From an uncultured delta proteobacterium (GTDB lineage Bacteria > Desulfobacterota > Desulfomonilia > Desulfomonilales > Desulfomonilaceae): a stretch of DNA of 64,000 nt. Positions 52,154 through 62,890 of this stretch are shown here, piece by piece (the stretch's first letter is position 1; each line of letters begins with the position of its first letter). The notes under the pieces are model-generated. The model was not told the origin of the DNA. It made no database searches and worked only from the letters and a program-made list of their open reading frames with translations. The stretch spans positions 672,001 through 736,000 of the forward strand of contig CAWBKB010000001.1 in the NCBI GenBank assembly GCA_963789265.1. The letters run 5' to 3'. The position numbers and the translations under genes were made by a program.

Positions 52154-52549
52154 AAGATTGAATTTTGATTCGATTTCGCTTTCGAGCAAGTGACACCGTG
52201 TTTCTGGAGGGACAGGCATGCTGCCTGTCGTCATGCCCGCGGACGCGGTCCCGCGTTTCGGCGGACAGTAGGACCGGCCTCTGTGCCGGTTGTCCGCGAG
52301 CCGCCGGCAGGGGACGCCGGCGCTACTCCGGATCGGAGTCCGGGGTGATCCCACGGAACGCGGGACAGGCAGTCCCGCACGAAACAGCACGCCTAGTGGC
52401 TGTCATTGCGAGGGCCCAACCTACCAATTCTGCCGCGTCTCAGTCGTCAAGACCGGGACAAAACTGAGATGCTTTCACGAGGGACGCGGGATTCCTCCTC
52501 GCAATTGTAGAATGAAAGCGGGAAATTCCATTGAATGCTATCCTGTCGG

Positions 52550-54169
52550 TCAACCGTTCCTCCGCTTGCGCAAGAGCGACAGCATTGAGCGCATCTCCTT
52601 GCACTTGAGGACATAGGCGGCAACAGCAAACACTACCAATCCCGCCGTGATGCAGCCCAGTAGAGCCAGCCCATTCTGGGTGGTGAAGCCGCTATGCCAT
52701 TCCCCGAGCCCACGTCCGTATAGCAGCGAAATCCCCATTATCAGCGAGGCAATCGAAATTTTGGTCAAAGAGCTTGCGAATTCGGCCGTCGGGAAGTGTC
52801 CCAGCCTTTTCACTAAAATAGCGAAGAGCACTGCAACATTAAAAGTGGCCGCTAATGCCGTCGCCAGCGCCAAGCCTCCCTGCCTCATTGGGCCCATGAG
52901 GAGCAATCCCGCGACCAAATTCACGGCGACCGCGCCAATGGAGATCCAGAGGGGCGTCCTGGTGTCCATCATGGAATAAAATGCTTGAGTGACGACCTTC
53001 AGTCCCGAAAAGGCCCAAAGTCCCGCGGTATACCATAGGAGCGCCTTAGCGGTTTCCTGGGTGTCCAGCCACGTGAAGCGCCCTCGCTGAAACAGCACTG
53101 AAATTATAGGTATTCTGAGTAGAATCAGAGCCACGGACGCGGGAATAATGAAAAAGGCAATGAGACGGAGTGCGAAGGAGACTGACCGCGACAGAGCCGG
53201 CAGGTCCCCGCTGCTTGCTTGCCGAGACATGGAAGGCAGCACCGCAGTTCCCAGGGCCACGCCGAATACACCAAGAGGAAGTTCCATTATTCGATCGGCA
53301 TAATAAAGCCACGAGACAGCACCGGATATCCAAGAAGCCAAGATGGTCCCGACCATCACATTGATTTGAGAAACAGCCCCACCAAAAGCCGCAGGAACGA
53401 AGAGCTTCCCAACCTTTTTCAGTGCCGGTTCCCTGAAATGGAAATCAGCCCCCAGTTTCACACCCACTCCAACCAGAAACGGAAGTTGAAGCAGAAGCTG
53501 AAGAATCCCCGCAGCTACCACACCCCAGGCCAACGCATAGTACGGCTCCATATTGAAATAAAAACATAGTACCGCTATGCTGGCTATCATCGTTAGGTTG
53601 AGGACCACAGGGGCTGCCGCCGGCGCTCCGAAGTGCCCCATGGAATTGAGAACTCCCGCGGCCAATGCTACCAACGAGATGAAAAAAATATAGGGGAACA
53701 TTATCCGATTGAGATGCACAGTGAGTTCGAATTTGGACGGGTCCGAAATGAAGCCTCCCGCGATTAATCGGACAATCCATGGACTGAACGGTCCTCCGGC
53801 CAGAGTCACCACAAGCAGCACAATGGCCGCAAAAGTAAAAGTAATCCGTGCGAACCGTGCTGCGTTGGAACTGCCGTGTTTCTGCAAAGTCTCAACATAC
53901 GTGGGGATAAATGCCGCGGAAAAGGCACCCTCTGCGGAAAGCCTCCGCAAAAGGTTCGGAATGCGGAAGGCAACGAAAAATGCATCCGCGCCGGGGCCGG
54001 CACCCAAGTAGAGAGCGGTGATCATGTCCCGTGCAAAGCCCAGGATTCGGCTGAGAGTAGTCCAGCAACTCACCACCCCGGCCACGCGGGTCATGGCCTT
54101 TTGTTCGGAGAAGCGTTCTTGCGCACGTTCGATCGTTATAAGTTGACTTGAGGTGCTGTTATCTGTCAT
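52550..54169 (-). CDS. murJ: Lipid II flippase MurJ
   Basis: SRILGFARD, AFRIPNLLRRL.AEGA, YADRIMELPLG. Confidence 0.95.
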   Translation of the reverse strand: MTDNSTSSQLITIERAQERFSEQKAMTRVAGVVSCWTTLSRILGFARDMITALYLGAGPGADAFFVAFRIPNLLRRLSAEGAFSAAFIPTYVETLQKHGSSNAARFARITFTFAAIVLLVVTLAGGPFSPWIVRLIAGGFISDPSKFELTVHLNRIMFPYIFFISLVALAAGVLNSMGHFGAPAAAPVVLNLTMIASIAVLCFYFNMEPYYALAWGVVAAGILQLLLQLPFLVGVGVKLGADFHFREPALKKVGKLFVPAAFGGAVSQINVMVGTILASWISGAVSWLYYADRIMELPLGVFGVALGTAVLPSMSRQASSGDLPALSRSVSFALRLIAFFIIPASVALILLRIPIISVLFQRGRFTWLDTQETAKALLWYTAGLWAFSGLKVVTQAFYSMMDTRTPLWISIGAVAVNLVAGLLLMGPMRQGGLALATALAATFNVAVLFAILVKRLGHFPTAEFASSLTKISIASLIMGISLLYGRGLGEWHSGFTTQNGLALLGCITAGLVVFAVAAYVLKCKEMRSMLSLLRKRRNG

Positions 54170-54295
54170 AAAGAGAATTTCCGTAAGAGGTCCTGTGGCC
54201 CGGGGGTTGGTTCAGGAAACGGAACCCGCGGTCGATTCAAGAGAATAGCCGGACTTCCAAGTATCAGGAACGTCGGCGTTTAGAAGGAGCTGTTA

Positions 54296-54565
54296 ATGGC
54301 CAACCATCCTTCCGCACTGAAGAGAATGCGTCAAAATGACAATCGACGCGTTCGAAACATTTCCTACAGATCGACAGTCAAGACTGCCGTGAAAAAGTTT
54401 CTGCATTCCGCTGACACCCATGAGCCCGAGGCGGGCAAACTTTTCAGCCTCGCGACTTCCTTGCTTCACAAAGGCGTGACGAAGGGCATTTTCCACAAGA
54501 ATACTGCTTCCAGGACTATTTCAAGACTCGCCAAGAAGCTCGCTTCCAGTGATCCTGCGAGGTGA
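54296..54565 (+). CDS. rpsT: 30S ribosomal protein S20
   Basis: MANHPSALKRMRQ...KGIFHKNTASRTISRL. Confidence 0.97.
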   Translation: MANHPSALKRMRQNDNRRVRNISYRSTVKTAVKKFLHSADTHEPEAGKLFSLATSLLHKGVTKGIFHKNTASRTISRLAKKLASSDPAR

Positions 54566-54821
54566 AAACATTATATAAACGTCCTGGAAGGTTTTGCCCT
54601 ATTCGCCCATAAGACATCCCCAGGACACTGACCCGGCCTCAGCCGGATAGGCCGGGTGGCTCTGTTCGTCAATTCCTGACGGCCGGCGAGATTGCCTGCC
54701 CCCTTGTTCAGCCGACGGATAATCTCGCGCTTCGCGGTACCACCCCAGTGTAGCGGGAGATCCCTCGCTTCGCGAGACCACTCTACTGTAATGCGGGCAA
54801 GATGCCCGTACCCTTTCTCCC

Positions 54822-56765
54822 TCACCGGCCGGGATCTCCGATCAATATCCACCCCGCCCAATTCGGCGGCTTGCCGCTAAAGGAGGCATCAAGGCCGGCC
54901 GGAATATCACCCGCCAATCCTGCCGGAGATTTGCCGGTCAAAGTCTTTCCCGCCGCCTTCTTCAGCATTTCCAATACGAACGGGTCATTAGGTCCCCAGT
55001 TAGGTTCGGAATAATTGAGCAGCCCCATGCGTACTCCTGCATACGCCATCCCGATGGCCAGCAGAAGTGGCCCTTCTCCCAGAGGGGCCTCAGAATCTTG
55101 AAGATCTAACCACGAAATTGGGAGCACCATGAGGTTCGTCGCAAGTGGAGCGTCGAACAGCCGCTGTGCCTGGAACCTACGCCGGCCGCGCTTGTCGGGA
55201 GCGAAGAAGAAGCAAGGCTGGTGACTCGTTTCAACCCTGTCGCTCATTGCCAAGGGTACGGCGAGGACTTCCGTAACTTCACGTTTGTTCTTGTATTCCA
55301 GTAACCGATCTATAGTCGCTGTTGCGCCCACCCAAACATCAAATTTCTTGAACATTTTCTGGATGCTGACCACAATGTCCGATGGTTTCGGATAAACCGG
55401 ATTGGTGAGGATGAGATGCTCTATCTTCGCTTCCTCGCCCAATTTCTGCGAGCCCTTCTTGCCCGGGGATTGGCCGGCGGCACTTTCCCGTAAGTCTTCT
55501 TCACGGATCCACGGAAGCGACTCGAAAAGGAGAAGATCTCCGCCGGCAGTGGTTTGCAGGTTTTCCTGGAGCGGTGATCGGAGGAATCTCAGAGTGTCAG
55601 CCGATGGGATGACGGAAACCAGACGGTCGCGTCCGAAGGGGAGATCCTCCGCGTCCAGCATCGCTGACAACGGAAGATACCAAAGAGACCGATCCGGTAT
55701 GACGAAGACGGTGGTCTTGTCTTCAGGCAATGGCGGAACCTTTCCGAGAAGGGTCCTGTAAATGCGCCTGCACGGCTCTTTCCACGCGTGTCCCATGAAG
55801 CTGGACCGCTCGCCGGTCGTAAATTCTCGGAGCTTCTCCTGAACCTGGAGGACACCCTTGTCGATTTGAGCTCGATTCTCAGGAACTTGATAGTAGATTG
55901 CTTTCTCAGTTGTTATGACACCTATTGCCATGCGGTCGGGGAAAAGATTGAAATCCAGAATCATCTCGTTCTTTCCCAACAGATTGCGCCGTACTTCTTC
56001 GAGTGACAAAGCGGCTCCGCGTCGCAGCCATTCGTACCGCAGGGAACTCTTGTGAAGAGACCTGCGAACATTGACAAGTTTGGTCTTAAGAGCCGCCTCG
56101 GTCCTCCGTACATCGGCAGTCGGCACATCTTCCTTGATTTTCAAAAGCCTGTTGAGGATCTCCGACTCTTCTTTTAGAAGGCTGCTCGGCACGTCGAAAA
56201 ATGCAAGGACTCCTGCCTTTTTGAGTGTGAGGTTCCGTCGGCAGATCCTTCGCTGCTCCATCAAGTGAAAGACCTGGCCGGCCAGGTCTTCTCGAGGTTC
56301 GAGCTCTGCGGGCCCCAGAATCTTCGTAGCAAGTTCGTCAAATATCGGAAACCGCTGTTCCATTTCGTCCAGCAAAGGGTTGCCAGGAGGAATATCATCC
56401 ACGATCGACTCAAAATGATCCAACACGCTTCGGTATTTCAGGATTGCGTCGTCAACCTGGCCTGACAAGTAGGTCTTGCGTGCGAGCTTGATTTCCCGAT
56501 CAAGCTTCTCCAGCATAGTCGCGGTTTCAACTTCACGGCTCGGCTCTTCCGGTGCTTGTTCCCGGAAAAGCCAGTGATACCTTTGGGCTCTGTCTGCCTC
56601 TCCTTCCGCAAGCTTCGGGCCGTTCGTGGCGTGCGCTGCACATTGCCGTTCGGAGGGGGGCGCAGGTTCTCTATGTCCGGATGCTGCCGCGGCTCCCGAG
56701 CAGAGCGCAAGCACGAAGCACCATGAGAAGATGGCCACGCGAAGAAGACCGTCACATCGTTTCAT
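54822..56765 (-). CDS. Secreted CHAT-domain-like protein
   Basis: Signal peptide; coiled coil; IYRTLL, VIPDRSLWYLPLSAM, VIPSA, AMAYAG-like CHAT framework motifs. Confidence 0.65.
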   Translation of the reverse strand: MKRCDGLLRVAIFSWCFVLALCSGAAAASGHREPAPPSERQCAAHATNGPKLAEGEADRAQRYHWLFREQAPEEPSREVETATMLEKLDREIKLARKTYLSGQVDDAILKYRSVLDHFESIVDDIPPGNPLLDEMEQRFPIFDELATKILGPAELEPREDLAGQVFHLMEQRRICRRNLTLKKAGVLAFFDVPSSLLKEESEILNRLLKIKEDVPTADVRRTEAALKTKLVNVRRSLHKSSLRYEWLRRGAALSLEEVRRNLLGKNEMILDFNLFPDRMAIGVITTEKAIYYQVPENRAQIDKGVLQVQEKLREFTTGERSSFMGHAWKEPCRRIYRTLLGKVPPLPEDKTTVFVIPDRSLWYLPLSAMLDAEDLPFGRDRLVSVIPSADTLRFLRSPLQENLQTTAGGDLLLFESLPWIREEDLRESAAGQSPGKKGSQKLGEEAKIEHLILTNPVYPKPSDIVVSIQKMFKKFDVWVGATATIDRLLEYKNKREVTEVLAVPLAMSDRVETSHQPCFFFAPDKRGRRRFQAQRLFDAPLATNLMVLPISWLDLQDSEAPLGEGPLLLAIGMAYAGVRMGLLNYSEPNWGPNDPFVLEMLKKAAGKTLTGKSPAGLAGDIPAGLDASFSGKPPNWAGWILIGDPGR

Positions 56766-56786
56766 CCCCGTCCTCGTGTCTATAAG

Positions 56787-57389
56787 CTATTTTTCGCTCT
56801 TTTCTTGCTCGTCCACGGTCACCCACCATTGGTCGTCCTTTTCCTTAAACCACCACGCGGAAAAATCCGTATTTAGAATGCTTCTGGCCAGTTGTCTTCC
56901 CATATCGGTCCGCAGCCTCTTCCTGGTAGAATCTATCCAGTCGCGTGCATAACGATTCCCCAGGTCTCCAAGTTCCTTTAACTGAAGGATCATTTCAATT
57001 TGGTCTGCGTCGCGTGCGAACTCTGCTTCCGGGGTGGCTCGAGCGTTAAATTCGTCAGACAGCGACCGTATCTCTTCTCCGAAGGGGAGGTCTGCGGTCA
57101 TGTCTCTAACTGCAGCTTCTTCGTCCGCCTTGACGTATTTTTTATTGACGTAGTTCAAATCCCCGGTTCTAGCCTCCACAAGGTCATGAAACAGGCACAT
57201 GAGAACCACCCGTTCAGTTGCCACATTGCCGGAAAGCCGGCCTAACGTGTAACCGATGACCGCGGCCCGAAGGCTGTGTTCTGCAACGGTTTCATGTCCC
57301 GTGCCGAGAAATTGAAAACCCGACCGAGGCGTCCGTTTCAACATTCCCACCTCGAACAGGAAATCCGCAATCGCTTTCAATTCTACCAT
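56787..57389 (-). CDS. HD-domain hydrolase (HD_3 / 5'-deoxynucleotidase-like)
   Basis: LKRTPRSG, ETVAEHS, FHDLVEARTGD, DAD. Confidence 0.9.
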   Translation of the reverse strand: MVELKAIADFLFEVGMLKRTPRSGFQFLGTGHETVAEHSLRAAVIGYTLGRLSGNVATERVVLMCLFHDLVEARTGDLNYVNKKYVKADEEAAVRDMTADLPFGEEIRSLSDEFNARATPEAEFARDADQIEMILQLKELGDLGNRYARDWIDSTRKRLRTDMGRQLARSILNTDFSAWWFKEKDDQWWVTVDEQEKSEK

Positions 57390-57562
57390 ACGGCCTCGCA
57401 TCCAGTTCAAAGTCCCGGCTTCACTACCATGATTCCCTTTCACTAGCAAGAGTCTCGCCCTTGACGCAGCCTTCATTTTTCGGGCGCTTCGGTCTATAAT
57501 TCGATATGGAACTGTTTGCCGGTCATTTGGCGACCGGCACCCCACGTGTCGCGAATTTCGCG

Positions 57563-57721
57563 TTAAGTTAAGCGGCAATTTCGTAGGATGTGCTGAGCGA
57601 AGCACATCGATTGTGTAAGACGGAGCGCTGACGTGGCCGATGCGCTTCCCCTGCCTTGGCTGGGTTCAGCACATCCTACATTCTGAACAGCAGTTTTTAT
57701 TACGCATCAGGCTTAACTTAA
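57563..57721. repeat. GTAG-type REP doublet enclosed by an 11-bp inverted repeat
   Basis: TTAAGTTAAGC / GCTTAACTTAA ends; GTAGGATGTGCTGA (57583) ... TCAGCACATCCTAC (to 57679). Confidence 0.75.
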
Positions 57722-57726
57722 TGCAA

Positions 57727-58694
57727 ATGTGCGTCTCGCGGGACCGGTCCTACCCAGCGACAGTAAGGCCGGCGTCCCTGCCAGCCACTTTTCGGATAGG
57801 ATATAGAACATCTTTGAGAGGTTTGTTCTGGACCCATCTCTGAATCTCCAATCTGTAGAAACTTGCGATCTTTGCCTCGGCCGAGTTCACGATCTTCTCT
57901 TTGCAAAAGAGGGATTCCGCCATGTCCGGTGTCGGGGGTGCGGACTGGTTTTCGTCAATCCTCGACTGGCCGGCCATTTGGAATTCCAGACAGAATCAGG
58001 AACGGGGAGTATGGGGGAGGACCGACTGACTCCGGCCCAAAAGCGTCGATTGCAGCGGGAAGTTAGCGGGCTGGAACCCTTTCGCCGGCTTAATTGCATG
58101 CTTGAAGTGGGCCCGGGGCGGGGCTGGTTCTTGTCTGTAGCTGCTCATTCGGCTTGGGAGACGTGGGCGGTCGAGATAAACCGTCAGGCGGTGCAACATC
58201 TCGACACGAAGGGTCTCCATCGCACGTTGGTCGAAACGGCAGAAGATTTCGAAGCGCCGTCGGATTCGATGGATATTGTCAGAATGTGGGATGTAATAGA
58301 GCACCTGCAATCGCCTCGCAAGGCCGTGACAAATATACGCAGGGTCTTGCGTCCAGGTGGTCTGCTCAGGTTGGCAACTACCAATTTTGCCTCTTTTTCC
58401 CGTTGGGTAAACGGACCCGAGTGGGTGTACCTTAACGGAGCGGACCACATTTTCCTTTTCGAACCGGCCACTATCAGGCAACTGCTTTCGGTGTGCGGAT
58501 TTTCAAAAATTACTATCCGGACCAGATCCTTCAATCTCAGGAGAAAACTCTATTATCCGGAAACAGACTTGCCTGCCAGGTTCTCTTTCTTGCGGCCGTT
58601 CAGAAAGCTCATGGATGCTGCCGCAGGTTTTACTATGTACGGCCACCAGATGATCGTCACTGCGATCAAGCCGGCGGCGAAGGAGGGATTATGA
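57727..58694 (+). CDS. Class I SAM-dependent methyltransferase with N-terminal zinc ribbon (5' end frameshifted, start uncertain)
   Basis: CDLC...CRGCGLVFVNPR from 57864 is in frame with LEVGPGRG, DVIEH and LRPGG. Confidence 0.8.
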
Positions 58695-58970
58695 ATGCGA
58701 ATTCGTATCAGCTCTTGAACTCTTTGTCCTCAAGATTTATGCTTCTCACTATGAAATTCACACTTGTCGAATGAGCCGGAGCTCCTTTTCTTCATTGCTC
58801 TCAGAGCGGTAGAAGGCGCCTTTCCATGCCGCTGTGTCACAGTGATTTAACGTCGCTGCATAAAAATCGTCTAACTATATGTAACGCGTGAAGTAAGTTC
58901 GTCGCGGCAAAAAAAAGTAGGACGGAGCTTCCCCAATAGCCCTACACAACAAGGCTAAGGAGGAATAAGC

Positions 58971-60045
58971 ATGTGGAAACTGATTAATACAACATACCTT
59001 CTCGCGATCTTAATCGCCATGGCGATGGTTTTCAACATATCGAGCGTGAGTTTGGCAAAGAGCAATCAGGCCGGTACGCCTCCATCTCCACAGCCAAAAG
59101 GTGGGATCGCCACGGTAGTCGGGGTGGACCAGCCCGACAATTGTCTCCGCATCAGGAGCGGGCCGGACAGCCAGTACAGACGTAATCGGATGCGCCAACA
59201 TGGGTGACCGGTTAAAAATTACCGGCGTCTGGACATCAAACGATTGGGCCCAACTGGCCGACAATGGATGGGTTTACGGACCGGAAATCTCCACTGATTT
59301 GCGACCTCCGCAAACCGCTTATTCCGGACCACCGACTTACGTCGTCAGCGAGGTGGCAGTGCCCGATTATGACGACTGGGCCTATTTGCCGGATTATGGA
59401 TATGATACCTACTGGTATGGAGACGTGCCGATATTCTTCTATAACGTGGCCGTATGGCGCTGGTGTCACCCGTGGTGGTGGTGGCATGGTCTCCAGGCGT
59501 GGTGGTGGCGGGACGGCTTCAATGGCCGAAGACACTGGGACCCGCACTCATTCAGAAACTTCGCCAGGACTAGAGGCAGAAATGTTGCCGCCGCTGGGCG
59601 TGGCAATATATCCGCACTCAACCGAATGGGTAGAACCACTAGGGGTGCGAGTATCGCATCATTAAACGGAAACCGATTCAATGCGAACCGTGCGAACATT
59701 ACATCACCCAATGTACGCCGATTTAATGCGAACCAATTCAAAGCGAATCATCCGAACATTAGATCATCCAATGTGAACAGATTCAATGCGAACAGATTCA
59801 AGGCGAACAGGTTTCGCACAAACACAAAGACGTTTCACTCGCGAACCTTTTCAAATCCATCTAGGTTCCGATCTGGGTCTGCAAATGCGTTTCGTTCTCG
59901 GAGCTATTCGGTGCCGCACTCGTTCCGCAGCGGCAGTTTCGGAGGTAGTCGCTTTAGCGGTTTTGCACGATCACGAAGTTTCAGCAGCCCCCGGTTCGGA
60001 GGAGGCAGCTTTCACGCTATGGGCGGCGGCGGACGTCGCAGATAG
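58971..60045 (+). CDS. Secreted SH3b-like domain protein with a low-complexity Arg/Asn/Ser/Gly/Phe tail (frameshift ~59178)
   Basis: AAGGAGG RBS; signal peptide; LRIRSGP...(D)VIG...WAQL..NGWV; NRFNAN repeats. Confidence 0.7.
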
Positions 60046-60074
60046 TGCAATAAGCCAAGGTTAATGTTCAGAAC

Positions 60075-60114
60075 GACCGGAAGTTGCTCTCAAGAGCGGC
60101 TCCCGGTCCTTTCT
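60075..60114 (+). terminator. Candidate intrinsic terminator
   Basis: GACCGGAAGTTGCTC...GAGCGGCTCCCGGTC hairpin followed by CTTTCT, 30 nt after the stop. Confidence 0.5.
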
Positions 60115-60249
60115 ATTCACAAGATAATCTCGAATCCTGGTACGTACTTATCGGCTGAGCCGTTTAATACCAATGCGCCATCAAACAAGTCACAATCCCG
60201 GCGAGGATATGATGGGGCATCCCGCCCGGAACGCGGGACTGTCTGCCAT

Positions 60250-60380
60250 TCGTCACCCCGGACTTCGATCCGGGGTCCAGTCTGGATGCCCGCGTGCGCG
60301 GGCATGACGACCGGCAATCACGCCCGGGCGTGACTGTCCCACTAAAAAACGGTGTCACTGGTTTGAAAGCGAATCGGTGT
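60250..60380 (-). repeat. Dispersed palindromic repeat with (A)CCGATTCGC end
   Basis: Homologous to ~30980-31113; contains GTCACCCCGGACTTCGATCCGGGGTCCAG. Confidence 0.75.
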
Positions 60381-60718
60381 AAAGTGGACGGCTCGCTGTA
60401 TCAAATTCGAACATGTATCGCTTGTCGGTTCTGTCGAGTAGTACAGTGACGCATGCACTGCTTTTCAAAATTTCTTGATCTTGCCCCTATCACGACCGCT
60501 GACCTCAATAATACAAGCGATTCCGACCATCAGTTGAAAAGGAGGTTCAAATTTGCCGCGCCGTCGAATTCGGATCGCACTATGATGAAATGGATCCAAT
60601 ATGGTAACATAAAGGTTTTCGCCAAATCGTGCACAGAAGAGTGAATCGTCTTGACTTCGTGGATAATTTAGCCTATTTTATCAACGTGTTGGTTGTATAA
60701 TTTGAAGTGAGATATGAA

Positions 60719-61627
60719 ATGACGGCACGCGCACAACTCCCTAGCACTCCCCCCGCCCAGCGGGCAAAGATCCTCGTCGAAGCGCTACCGTACATCAGGA
60801 CCTTTCGAGAGAAACGTGTTGTGATCAAGTACGGCGGCAGTGCCATGACGGACAACCGCCTTAAGGGGGATTTCGCGGAGGATGTGGCGCTCATAAGCTT
60901 TGTCGGGATTAAGCCGATAATTGTTCACGGCGGCGGACCCCAGATCGGCGAACTTCTCAAGAAAATAGGCAAAGAGAGCCGCTTTGTTCGGGGGCTGCGC
61001 GTTACCGATGAAGAAACCATGGACGTTGTGGAGATGGTCCTCGTGGCCAAGGTAAACAAAGATGTGGTTTCCATGATTAATTATCACGGCGGCAAGGCCG
61101 TAGGAATCTCCGGCCGGGACGGGCATCTCATAAAAGCCAAGAAAGCGAGACCCGCAAGACTCGCCGACATGGATGAAGACTTGGGTTTGGTCGGTGAGGT
61201 GGACAGAATCAATCCGGACTTGATAACTTCACTGGAGGAGCATGGTTTTATTCCGGTCATAGCGCCGGTGGGAGCCGGTCCGGGGCAAAAGCCCTATAAT
61301 ATCAATGCGGATACCGCTGCTGGGGCCCTGTCGGCTGCCCTCGGCGCGGAAAAACTCATTGTGCTGACCGACGTTCCGGGCATAGTGGATGAAGACGGCG
61401 GTCTCATTTCCAGCCTCTCCGAAGACAAGGCCGAAGATCTTATCCATAGCGGCGTTGCCTCGGGAGGCATGATTCCCAAGATTCGGTGCTGTCTGACCGC
61501 ATTGCGTGGCGGGGTACCAAAAGCGCACGTTATCGACGGGCGAGTGCCGCACGCTCTGCTGCTCGAAATACTAACGGATCAGGGTATTGGGACGGAGATT
61601 GTGCGAGAGATCCCACCTGGTGGTTGA
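60719..61627 (+). CDS. argB: Acetylglutamate kinase
   Basis: EALPYI, VIKYGGSAM, VHGGGPQI, GLRVTD, NINAD, GGMIPK. Confidence 0.97.
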   Translation: MTARAQLPSTPPAQRAKILVEALPYIRTFREKRVVIKYGGSAMTDNRLKGDFAEDVALISFVGIKPIIVHGGGPQIGELLKKIGKESRFVRGLRVTDEETMDVVEMVLVAKVNKDVVSMINYHGGKAVGISGRDGHLIKAKKARPARLADMDEDLGLVGEVDRINPDLITSLEEHGFIPVIAPVGAGPGQKPYNINADTAAGALSAALGAEKLIVLTDVPGIVDEDGGLISSLSEDKAEDLIHSGVASGGMIPKIRCCLTALRGGVPKAHVIDGRVPHALLLEILTDQGIGTEIVREIPPGG

Positions 61628-61688
61628 AAGAAGCCGGACGTGTGGGGAAGGGAGAGATCATCAAATGCTTGCCGAAAGAGGGGAGGTC

Positions 61689-62888
61689 ATGGAATCCTTT
61701 GATTTCATCGCCATGAACAGCGAATACGTTTTCAATACTTACGGTCGAACTCCCGTGATGCTGGTACGAGGCTCCGGCTGTAAGGTCACCGATAGTAACG
61801 GCCGAACATATCTGGATTTCATCGGAGGTCTGGCAGCCTGCTCCCTGGGCCACGGCCATGCAGGTTTAGCCTTGGCCATTTCGGAGCAAGCCAAGAAGCT
61901 GATTCACGTGTCCAACCTGTTCTATATCGAACCCCAGATCAAGTTGGCGAAGCTCCTGGCCGAAAACTCCTTCGCTCAAAAGGTCTTCTTTTGCAACTCG
62001 GGCGCTGAAGCTAACGAGGGGGCAATCAAGCTCGCGCGAAAATATTTTCACGACCGGGGAGAGCATCAGCGCTATCACATCATCACCATGGACGGATCGT
62101 TCCATGGCCGAACTCTCGCCACCCTGGCGGCCACGGGCCAGACGAAGTACCGGCAGGGCTTTGAGCCTGATGTCCAGGGTTTTTCCCATGTGCCATTTGG
62201 GGATATTGAGGCACTGGATCAGGCCGTATCGCCAGACACTGCGGCAATTATGATCGAGCCGATCCAGGGCGAGGGTGGCGTACGCATGCCGCCTGCGGAT
62301 TTTCTCTGTCAAGTTAGAGAATTGTGCGACAAAACCGGCTGCCTGCTCATCCTGGATGAAGTCCAGACAGGCATGGGGAGAACGGGAAAGCTCTTCGCTC
62401 ACGAACATTTCGGCATTACTCCGGATATCATGACCCTGGCAAAGGGTATTGCCGGTGGAGTTCCCATGGGCGCGCTATTGGCGACCAATCAAGTGGCTCA
62501 AGCACTTGGGCCGGGAACCCACGCGGCCACATTCGGCGGCAATCCGCTGGCATCCGCGGCAGGTCTTGCCGTCGCGGCGGAGATCCTGTCACCGGGATTC
62601 CTTGATGGCGTCAGCGACAGGGGCAATTATCTACGATCGCGGCTCGAAGAATTGGCCGGTCGTCATGAAGTAATCCGCGAAGTTCGAGGGCTTGGCTTGA
62701 TTCAGGCTATTGATCTGAAGGTAGCCGGCGCGGATGTCGTTGCCGCATTGAGAGCGGCCGGGATCTTGGTCAATTGCACTGCTGAAACGGTGTTGCGCTT
62801 CCTTCCGCCTCTCATCGTTACCGATCGAGAGATCGACCAATTGTTGACTGCTCTGGACGCGATTCTGAGCCAAGCGAGAGGTTGCTGA
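61689..62888 (+). CDS. argD: Acetylornithine aminotransferase
   Basis: NSGAEANE, FHGRT, EPIQGEGG, DEVQTG, LAKG; arg operon context. Confidence 0.95.
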   Translation: MESFDFIAMNSEYVFNTYGRTPVMLVRGSGCKVTDSNGRTYLDFIGGLAACSLGHGHAGLALAISEQAKKLIHVSNLFYIEPQIKLAKLLAENSFAQKVFFCNSGAEANEGAIKLARKYFHDRGEHQRYHIITMDGSFHGRTLATLAATGQTKYRQGFEPDVQGFSHVPFGDIEALDQAVSPDTAAIMIEPIQGEGGVRMPPADFLCQVRELCDKTGCLLILDEVQTGMGRTGKLFAHEHFGITPDIMTLAKGIAGGVPMGALLATNQVAQALGPGTHAATFGGNPLASAAGLAVAAEILSPGFLDGVSDRGNYLRSRLEELAGRHEVIREVRGLGLIQAIDLKVAGADVVAALRAAGILVNCTAETVLRFLPPLIVTDREIDQLLTALDAILSQARGC

Positions 62889-62890
62889 GC

